A stretch of DNA of 64,000 nucleotides from contig CAJFCJ010000009.1 in NCBI GenBank assembly GCA_904063045.1, forward strand, positions 910,942 to 974,941. Direction: 5' to 3'. The position numbers were made by a program, and so were the translations under genes. The notes beneath the pieces were generated by a model that saw only the letters and a list, made by a program, of their open reading frames with translations, made no database searches and was not told the origin of the DNA. This stretch comes from Dimorphilus gyrociliatus (lineage: Eukaryota > Animalia > Annelida). Within the stretch, counting starts at the first letter, position 1; each line of letters starts with the position of its first letter. This document shows, piece by piece, positions 38,176 through 47,281 of this stretch.

Positions 38176-40789
38176 ATGTCGAAAAGTCAGAAAAACATAA
38201 CATCCTATCGTTGCAAGCGGAATGTAAGTAAAATTAAAACTTTTGAAGGAAGATCTCTAAACGAACTAGGTAAATATAGATATACTGTTCATGTAAACAT
38301 AAAATATATAAACGTTTTTCAACAATAGAAGATGGCGCAGAGCCATTTGTTAGACTTAACGAGGAAAAGCCGCATATAGCGACTCATCAGAACCGAACGG
38401 TAACAAAAGTGACATTTTTCATATAATTAAATTTCATAAATTTCCTCTTCTAGCAAAAAGCTTGTTCACAGAATAACCTACCTGAAGCTTCTTCACAGTA
38501 CAGGTCAACTGAAGCTCTTGATGATGCTTTAGGAAAAAGACCTGTAAACAACCAGCTCTCTGCTGAATGTAGCCAAACAGTAGGTTTCAAATGATTTTAA
38601 TATTATTAATTAATTTAAAATATTTTTTTCTTTGACAATGAAGTCACAATTTGGATTACATCCTGAAATAAATCATAAAATTCAAATAATTTCGAGATAT
38701 ATATCAGAATGTGAAGAAGCCGATTCAAAGAAGATTTTCGGTGATGCTCTCAGTAATTATAGTATTTAAATTTTAAAAACCATTAATTAAATATCATTTT
38801 CTTCTAGCAATTCTGCAAATGGATCCGTTTCCTAACAATCCCCAAACAAAAATCCACTTAGAAGAACTTCTAGAAGACGTAAAGCAGCCAAATTGCTCTA
38901 GGGAAAAATCGAACAAGTGGCAAACTTGGCTAAAAAACTTAATAAAAAAGAAGGGAATCAAATCTGTTGCATCTGGACAACTACAAGGTTTGATATCTTT
39001 TTGCTGATCCTAGTAAAAGTAAATAGCAAGTGATTTATGTGGGCTTTACTCCTTCAACAGAAGGTGCCATCTTTGGTAGAATCCAACAGATGGGAATCCC
39101 ATCTGCTGCCCCGGGACAACAACAAGGTTTGATGTCTTTTTGCTTTTGCTAGTAAAAGTAAATAGCAAGTTATTCATGTAAGCTTTACTCCTTCTTTAAC
39201 AGAAAATGACAGGTTGGGTGGAATCCAACAGATGGGATTCCCATCTGCTGCCCCGGGACAACAACAAGGTTTGATGTCTTTTTGCTTTTGCTAGTAAAAG
39301 TAAATAGCAAGTTATTCATGTAAGCTTTACTCCTTCTTTAACAGAAAATGTCAGCTTGGGTGGAATCCAACAGATGGGATTCCCATCTGCTGCCCCAGGA
39401 CAACAACAAGGTTTGATGTCTTTTTCCTTATGCTAGTAAAAGTAAATAGCAAGTTATTCATGTAAGCTTTACTCCTTCTTTAACAGAAAATGTCAGCTTG
39501 GGTGGAATCCAACAGATGGGATTCCCATCTGCTGCCCCGGGACAACAACAAGGTTTGATGTCTTTTTCCTTATGCTAGTAAAAGTAAATAGCAAGTTATT
39601 CATGTAAGCTTTACTCCTTCTTTAACAGAAGATGTCAGCTTGGCTGGAATCCAACAGATGGGATTCCCATCTGCTGCCCCGGGACAACAACAAGGTTTGA
39701 TGTCTTTTTGCTTTTGCTAGTAAAAGTAAATAGCAAGTTATTCATGTAAGCTTTACTCCTTCTTTAACAGAAGATGTCAGCTTGGGTGGAATCCAACAGA
39801 TGGGATTCCCATCTGCTGCCCCGGGACAACAACAAGGTTTGATGTCTTTTTGCTTATGCTAGTAAAAGCAAATAGCAAGTTATTCATGTAAGCTTTACTC
39901 ATTCTTTAACAGAAGATGTTAGCTTGGGTGGAATCCAACAGATGGGATTCCCATCTGCTGCCCCAGGACAACAACAAGGTTTGATGTCTTTTTCCTTATG
40001 CTAGTAAAAGTAAATAGCAAGTTATTCATGTAAGCTTTACTCCTTCTTTAACAGAAAATGTCAGCTTGGGTGGAATCCAACAGATGGGATTCCCATCTGC
40101 TGCCCCGGGACAACAACAAGGTTTGATGTCTTTTTCCTTATGCTAGTAAAAGTAAATAGCAAGTTATTCATGTAAGCTTTACTCCTTCTTTAACAGAAGA
40201 TGTCAGCTTGGGTGGAATCCAACAGATGGGATTCCCATCTGCTGCCCCGGGACAACAACAAGGTTTGATGTCTTTTTCCTTATGCTAGTAAAAGCAAATA
40301 GCAAGTTATTCATGTAAGCTTTACTCCTTCTTCAATAGAAAATGTCAGCTTGTGTCTAATCCTACGGATGGGAATCCCATCTGCTGCCCCGGGACAACAA
40401 CAAGGTTTGATGTCTTTTTGCTTATGCTAGTAAAAGCAAATAGCAAGTTATTCATGTAAGCTTTACTCCTTCTTTAACAGAAAATGTCAGCTTGGGTGGA
40501 ATCCAACAGATGGGATTCCCATCTGCTGCCCCAGGACAACAACAAGGTTTGATGTCTTTTTGCTTTTGCTAGTAAAAGTAAATAGCAAGTTATTCATGTA
40601 AGCTTTACTCCTTCTTTAACAGAAAATGTCAGCTTGGGTGGAATCCAACAGATGGGAATCCCATCTTGTGCACCCGGACAATATCCCAGTTTTGGGAATG
40701 AGCGACGGAATTCCGAACAAATGATGGCTAGAAGCAACGATATAATACCAACCACAGTCTTGGATATGGAGATGAATGAAACGAATTAG
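38176..40789 (+). CDS. Uncharacterised ~490-aa protein with 12 tandem 22-aa G/Q/P-rich repeats, each encoded by its own exon (17 exons)
   Basis: Exons 38176-38269, 38329-38399, 38454-38579, 38644-38752, 38808-38987, eleven 66-nt phase-1/1 exons (39061…40546) and terminal exon 40623-40789 sum to 1473 nt in one stop-free frame. An upstream exon is possible via the acceptor at 38148. Confidence 0.7.
38972..40681 (+). repeat. Minisatellite, 12 x 142-bp units (76-nt intron + 66-nt exon)
   Basis: Exon starts at 39061, 39203, 39345, 39487, 39629, 39771, 39913, 40055, 40197, 40339, 40481 and 40623 (exact 142-nt period). Units are highly similar. Confidence 0.97.
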
Positions 40790-41462
40790 TCTTAACTAAA
40801 GACATTTCTCTGAACACCTTCAAATTTTTAACTATTTAGTAAAACTTTAATTTGTGATTATATTGCTTTAACATTTGAAGGGTTTATCAGACTTTCATGA
40901 TAAGGCTAGCTTTATTAAAATCTAATTTGAATGTCCGCTTCTACTGTATACGTTATGGCTTTTATTTTGCACCAAAATTTATATAATTTGGTTTTGCACT
41001 GGAATACAAAATGGCTTTCATGAATTTAAAAAATATCTTTTATCATAGTTGCAAATTTCGTCAGCTTCCCCTTCCAGAAGACTACTACAGCTTCTCCAGA
41101 GAAGTAAAGTTATTAGGTAGCTAGAGTATGGAGAGGGAAAGGGGTCGGCAAACAGTCAATCGTGTGCTCAGTGTAGCCTATCGAACAACAGTAACAATCT
41201 TTTCGGGAAGATGAGTAAAAAGTCTTACAAAACTGGAAATCTTGTCCACTACTTGTCTAGATATGGAGATGAAAACAATGGCATTGGACAATAAACATTT
41301 GAGAATAATTAAGTTTTTGCATTAAACCTTTTATGTCAAATATAACACTAAACCCCTACAGCTCCTATAGTTTATCTAATTACTTGATAACAATTTTCAG
41401 TTGTATAGAATGTTTTATTGAGTAAACTTTTAAACTGATAAAGAATTGTAAATAGTTCATTT

Positions 41463-42855
41463 TTATGGATTTTCAGGCAAAGAACCTTTACACTTGCCAG
41501 AATTATCAGCGTAGGAATAAATACCATGTTTGCTTTTAACTATCCAAGTTTTATCAATTATTTCTCCTTTTTTATCATCAGAGACTTGCTCGAAATATGC
41601 GTGACTGCTGTTGAAAAATTGCATTCTTGTGTATCCATAGTCGTCTGACCTAAAGGCTGTCATGTAAGGTTGAATCGGTATGAATCCGTCATGTCTTTCT
41701 CTGCAGCCTGCTGATCCTGTAGATTATTAAGTATTATATATCAAATAACTAAATTATGTTTAATTTACCCGTTGTGATGTGAATTGGGGCTCCTGGTTCA
41801 ATATAGGGTTGAGCTAAACTCCCATTGCAAACTGTCCTATCGTAGATTGGCCACAGTCTCTCATACGAATGTTCATGAGCCCAAATCATAACATCTACAC
41901 CATATTGATAGAAGAGATCTTCTAATCCATACCCTAGATAAGGTAAACCTGTTCTTATTATACTTTCGTACTTTGAACAATCATCATTATCATTGTTCGA
42001 ACAGTACATAGGCCTGTGAGCCATGGTAACTATCCATGGTCTTTCTGCTCTGTTCTTGTTAGCTTTAATTAGGTCCTGTTCCAGCCAGGCAAATTGATTT
42101 CTAATTTGTTGTGTTCCATATTGAAGATAGAAATATACTTCGGTTGAAAAGCTTATAATATGAACTGGACCCACGTCATAGCTGTAATATATTGATTCGC
42201 CATCACCATTTCGAGGCATACCAAAACGAAATCTATAATTGCTAAAGTTATATGCTTGTTCATGATTACCAGGGCAGGTCATATATGGAACATAGGCGGC
42301 AATAGATTCGATTTGTCTCATGAATTGATCACCAACTCTTGCATTGTCCGAATCCATATCATAAGCAAAATCTCCAACATGTAGAATTGCGTCGTAAAAA
42401 TTTTTTCTTGTTTCTTGCTGAAGTCTAGCTAGAGATTGAGCATTTGAATTCCCCATATCACCGTAGATAGCAAATCTTGGACTCCAGTTAGGATCCGTTC
42501 GCCATGTTTTAAAAAAGAATATATCACTCCATCCAGAATTTGATCCTACATTATAAGTATAAACTGTATCTGCTTTTAAATTTGTTAATTTCACACGGTG
42601 TATAAACATTGTTCGTTTTTGAGAGCCTCCATCGACAAATTTAGAACTTGATCCTACCGCCTTCAGATTCAAGTCTCGGAGAGAATAAAGTCCGTATTGT
42701 ACAAATGAATTCTTAGTGTCATTCATTGTTACCCAACTTACGTACATTTCTGAAGCATTATTACCAATTGATATATGTACTTGTTCCGGCTGTTGATATA
42801 AAACTTGACATTCTATATAAATAAACAAGTTTATGGCCACTAGAAGAAACAACAT
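41463..42855 (-). CDS. ACP7: Purple acid phosphatase type 7, 2 exons
   Basis: Signal peptide, QPEQVH, metal motifs GDMG, GDFAY, GNHE, AHEHSYER, and HITT|GSAGC across the single intron. Confidence 0.92.
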
Positions 42856-42907
42856 CTTTAAGTAATAGTTTTAAATTGGGCTTTTAGTTTGTTTGAGATA
42901 ATATTTG

Positions 42908-42946
42908 GTCACGTGATGAGGTTTCTGCTATTTCTGGTCACATGAC
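42908..42946. promoter_or_regulatory. Two CLEAR/M-box-like E-boxes upstream of ACP7
   Basis: GTCACGTGAT (42908-42917) and GTCACATGAC (42937-42946), 53 and 82 nt from the ACP7 ATG. Confidence 0.45.
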
Positions 42947-43317
42947 CACCGAATTGAAACAATTAAGAGGCGTATATTCTCAAATCTATTTTAAAAAAAA
43001 TATCTGATAAATAAAAATTTTGTTTATTGCAATTGACCTAATTAGGAAAAATATTGAGCTCTTTTATGATATTTCAATAATATTCTATTTCATGAAGCAA
43101 ATGAGTCATGAAAACAATCTTTAAAAACATTTTCTTACATAAATAAATATTTCTCTCTTCTTCTGGAACATGTAAATAATTAAGAAAAAATGTACCAGGC
43201 AGTCATTTTAAAATGAAAATGAAAGAAAAACTACACTGTTTCTCCAAAATGAAAGTTTAACCATCAAAATATGCAGTATATATAACGACTCGCTAGTTCG
43301 CTAAATTGACGCACACA

Positions 43318-44691
43318 ATGGAGAATTTAAGCAGAAATTGTTCAATCTATACAAATACTTTTAATAGTAAAAATGTTAAAGAATCAAATTTAAAGATCTT
43401 TACGAAAAATTATATCTCTGATAAGGATAAAAGCGTATTTAAGTGTAACGATTCCGGAAGAGAAGACGCTAGCTTAAGTGATCGGAATTTATATTCGAAT
43501 AAAATTTACTTAAACACCTGTAAACTCTTACAAAGGAAATTCATAAAACAGTGTGATATTTCTTACATAATGGATTCTGGTAAAGACTGGAATGAAGATT
43601 TAGATATGAGCTATATTGAAAATAGGAAAAAGTCATTTCTAAAGTGGAAATACGATGATAGATTATCTGTAACATTATTAATAGATAGTTTCTTTTATTA
43701 CTTGGGTGAAATTGATGCTACAAAATGTTTCTCCTGTAATCTTGTTGTAAAAGATTGGAAGAAAAACTCAAAACCATTGACTATCCATACGCTTCTATCT
43801 CAGAATTGTCCTATGATAAAGGAATATTTTAACGAATATTTCATGAATAATAACAAAGAAGAATTGATTTTAGAATATGAGAATAAGCTTTTGGAGTGTC
43901 AACCATTATATCCTGATATGATGAGGTATAGTTGTCGTCTAGAGTCTCTCTCAGAATATGACATCAGTCTCCTTGAAAAGGAATTGTGCGCTACTACAGG
44001 ATTTATAATGAAAGAAAAACAAATTTTAACATGTTTTCATTGTGGATGTAGTTTGAGAGGAGAAAACATTGAAAATCCTTTTCAGGAACATGCAAAATTT
44101 CAACCGTATTGTTTATTTCTAATCAACAGGAAAGGTGCTGAATTTGTAGATGAACACAAGCTGAATTTTCCAGTCAAAGATGAAAATTGTAACACTGATG
44201 TTATTAGTTTAAAAAACACGTCTAAATTTAATATAGATCCTCGAGAAGTCAGAGCAGCAATAGATACAGACGTCGCTAAACTACTTTCAGAATTAAAAGA
44301 CTGGAATATTGTTCTTCGATCAATTGAATTTGGTAAAAGATATAATCTCCTTTATGAATTAAATATTGAAACACTTTGTAAAATATGTGAAAAATTCGAG
44401 AAAATGCTTTTAAATGAAAAAAAACCAATAACGAAATTGAATTATAAAGAAAAATATAAAGTGTTATTTAATAAACAACATTCACCCAAAAATAAATCAC
44501 AATTAATGAAATCCTTTTTTAATGATTTAACATCTTGTAAAAATCAAAAAATAGTTTGTAATGAAATGGCAAATGTTGTCACCCTTCCTTGCGGATGTTT
44601 GGCAGTTTGTTCTAAATGTGCTGATTCTGTTGTAAATTGTCAGAGATGTGGTACGTTTATTAGTGGAACAGTATTAATTTTTCAAGGGTAA
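43318..44691 (+). CDS. Inhibitor of apoptosis protein (2 BIR + atypical C-terminal RING), intronless
   Basis: BIR1 RKKSF..W…FYY…KCFSC…W…H…CP; BIR2 RLESL…GF…CFHC…EHAKFQPYC; RING …LPCGCLAVCSKC…CQRC. First ATG at 43318. Confidence 0.85.
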   Translation: MENLSRNCSIYTNTFNSKNVKESNLKIFTKNYISDKDKSVFKCNDSGREDASLSDRNLYSNKIYLNTCKLLQRKFIKQCDISYIMDSGKDWNEDLDMSYIENRKKSFLKWKYDDRLSVTLLIDSFFYYLGEIDATKCFSCNLVVKDWKKNSKPLTIHTLLSQNCPMIKEYFNEYFMNNNKEELILEYENKLLECQPLYPDMMRYSCRLESLSEYDISLLEKELCATTGFIMKEKQILTCFHCGCSLRGENIENPFQEHAKFQPYCLFLINRKGAEFVDEHKLNFPVKDENCNTDVISLKNTSKFNIDPREVRAAIDTDVAKLLSELKDWNIVLRSIEFGKRYNLLYELNIETLCKICEKFEKMLLNEKKPITKLNYKEKYKVLFNKQHSPKNKSQLMKSFFNDLTSCKNQKIVCNEMANVVTLPCGCLAVCSKCADSVVNCQRCGTFISGTVLIFQG

Positions 44692-44777
44692 TAGAATAAA
44701 AATTCTCTCATGTTGAAATATATTTTAAATTAAAAGAATTATGAGAGATATATAATTTTAAAAATAGACTGTTATAT

Positions 44778-46610
44778 ATGCCAAACTTTACATTTCTATC
44801 TCTATATTTTGGCGAACTTTGGGCATTTTTTGTTAATATTGCTCGTGTTGTCTCGGACATAACGTTTAATTCGTATTTATATTATAGGCCATGTACGAAT
44901 GATCGTGAATTAGATTTAATATCCTGTTTTAAAATTGACCGTCATATTATCAATGAGACTCTTGAACCGGAATCGAAGAGGCACGAACCAGTTATCAAGT
45001 ATCTGTATTATGGATGGGGTGTTCTATTAGGAGGTCTGTACGGATCTTGGTCGGATTCTATTGGTAGAGGATCGTCTATGATGGTTATATCTATTGGATT
45101 GATTATATTTAACTTTTTAAATATTTTCGATTACGATATCTTAGGAAATATGGAACCTATTCTACTATATATCTCTAGGATAATTGTTGCCTTGACTAGT
45201 CATTATGTGATCATATACACTTTGGCATTCTCATATTGTGCTGATAAATCTAAAACAAAGGAGCACTTATTTGTTCGATTCATCTTTATGGATGGTATAT
45301 TCAGAATTACGTCCATTCTGTCTGCTCTTTCAGCAGTCTTTATAAATTTTATTAATCTTTCTTCCATGCTTCTGCTATCTACAAATTTGAGTCTAATAGC
45401 GGCTATCATATCAGCTTATAAGATAAATGAAAAAACCGCAAAAATTTCTAACAATACGAAAGACACTTCTATAAAAACTAGGAAATTTTATGAAATAAAA
45501 TCTCATATTTCTTCTATAACTCATGCTTTTTGGAGAAACAGAAATTTTAATGGCCGTAGCTATTTAAGCCTATATGTTTTCATTTACGCTTTTAACGAAT
45601 TGATTTATATGTGTATTTTGGAAATAACCACAGTTTACACGACTTCAAACAAGGCCATGCAATGGGACTCTATAACTGTTGGAGGTTTTCGTTTAATAAA
45701 TGAAATATCTTTATTAATTGGCCTTTGTTGCGGGTGGAATGTTTTATCGTATTTTAGTCTTATAGAAGAACCAATAATTATTTTAATAGGGTTGGGAATT
45801 CGACCCTTCCAACTACTCCCTATACTTATATCTGAACCAAATCAGGAGCCCTACTTAATTATTAGTATTATGGGGGGATTAACGTCAATAACTGGTTCTG
45901 CTATTCTATCGCAGTTAATTCGATTAGTTGAACCTGATGAGTATGGAGTGGTGTTGGGAACAACTTTCGGATTAACTTGTTTATTACAAATTCTAGTTGA
46001 GTTCTTCGGTAAAAAAGTAGTATATACCTATATTTATAAACCTCTGAACGTTATATGGGGGCCAATACTTGTCATATCTTGTTTATTATTCCTTATAATG
46101 GGACTCAATATACGGGGTATTATGAATCACAATTTTGAGTCTTACTACAACCATTTGAATAAAGTAAACACTCAAAAGAAAGAAGGGTCTGAAATAACCA
46201 TGCAAACACCGCAAGACCGAAGATTATATAATAGAAAATTTCGTAATAATTATTATCCGAAAATAAGGTCAGCAGAACTAAATTCTGAAGACTCTGAGTT
46301 CAGATCTGAAGTTAAAGGTGATAATCAAATTAGAAATGATAATTTTCAAATTAATAACGGCAGTCTTAACAAACATCTTAATGATGATGATGATGATCCG
46401 CATAGTACAATTGTATTTCCAATTCAATATTATTCTCACTCCTCGGATAATTTATCGAATTCTTCATCAAGCAACGACGACGAAAGGGTTGATAGTATAT
46501 TTAGAAAGTCTATTTCTGAAAATTGCATTATACAAAGTACTCAAAAACTAAAATTGAAACATAGATTGCAAAATACTTCTACATTACCAAAATTGAATAT
46601 AAATAGATAG
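44778..46610 (+). CDS. MFS transporter, SLC46 (PCFT/HCP1)-like, with long S/N/D-rich C-terminal tail, intronless
   Basis: About 12 hydrophobic segments; motif A GSWSDSIGR; long Cys-containing TM1-TM2 loop; LSQLIRLVEPDEYG motif. Confidence 0.75.
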   Translation: MPNFTFLSLYFGELWAFFVNIARVVSDITFNSYLYYRPCTNDRELDLISCFKIDRHIINETLEPESKRHEPVIKYLYYGWGVLLGGLYGSWSDSIGRGSSMMVISIGLIIFNFLNIFDYDILGNMEPILLYISRIIVALTSHYVIIYTLAFSYCADKSKTKEHLFVRFIFMDGIFRITSILSALSAVFINFINLSSMLLLSTNLSLIAAIISAYKINEKTAKISNNTKDTSIKTRKFYEIKSHISSITHAFWRNRNFNGRSYLSLYVFIYAFNELIYMCILEITTVYTTSNKAMQWDSITVGGFRLINEISLLIGLCCGWNVLSYFSLIEEPIIILIGLGIRPFQLLPILISEPNQEPYLIISIMGGLTSITGSAILSQLIRLVEPDEYGVVLGTTFGLTCLLQILVEFFGKKVVYTYIYKPLNVIWGPILVISCLLFLIMGLNIRGIMNHNFESYYNHLNKVNTQKKEGSEITMQTPQDRRLYNRKFRNNYYPKIRSAELNSEDSEFRSEVKGDNQIRNDNFQINNGSLNKHLNDDDDDPHSTIVFPIQYYSHSSDNLSNSSSSNDDERVDSIFRKSISENCIIQSTQKLKLKHRLQNTSTLPKLNINR

Positions 46611-47281
46611 ATTTCTTAGAATTTACCCCATAAATCGTAAACAAAATTGGAAAAAACTGTTGAAGCGTTAATATTCCGTTTTAATAGCTGTAAATAAATT
46701 GCTTTTAGTTTGTTTATTTGTTTGTTTTAGATATTAGGCAGATTTTTCGTTCAAAATAGATATAAAATAAGTAGATAATAGTTTTGTTATTGACGAGTTT
46801 AGGTTACAACCCTCGGCACATACTGTGAGCAAAATGTTCTAAGGGGCATGAAACTCGTCTGTTATTGAGTTTATTATCTCGTTGATAATAAAAAAAACGA
46901 ATTCATGTGCTACAATAAATGTACTAATTATAGCTTAAAACTATTTCTTATCCAATTAGAATGACCGGTTCCAGTTTAATTGACACCGGTGAAATGTCCG
47001 GTCATTATTCACTTGCTCAGCTGCAGCTAAGATCAAGGTCAGTAGACAAACTGAGGTAGCATTTTTTGAATTAATATAATTTGGTGATTCTCAAAGGACT
47101 AATTTACTGGTAAATGGGTTGATTAACACAATTAATATAATAGATATTTGAAGAACAACTTTACAAAGGTTCTGGAATCTTTTGTAGAATACTTTCTCAA
47201 AAGTATCATTGCCGCCAAAAACTGGGCGTATATTAAATTCAATTGTTGATAATCAGTTTTTTATTCAATTTGAAACACCAA

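Noticed and set aside
38972-40681. CRISPR-like array (regular period, palindromic core)
   Set aside because: The whole 142-bp unit repeats with no unique spacers, there are no cas genes, the context is eukaryotic, and the units are exon+intron.
41125-41294. Possible alternative terminal exon of the exon-array gene (shares gatatggagatgaa with 40760-40780)
   Set aside because: The acceptor lacks a pyrimidine tract, similarity is under 20 nt, and it lies beyond the normal stop.
43306-43317. TTG/GTG start codons used by the ORF track (e.g. 809, 14158, 24088, 43306, 55214, 56315)
   Set aside because: Eukaryotic genes: these positions are exon interiors or lie upstream of the true ATG.
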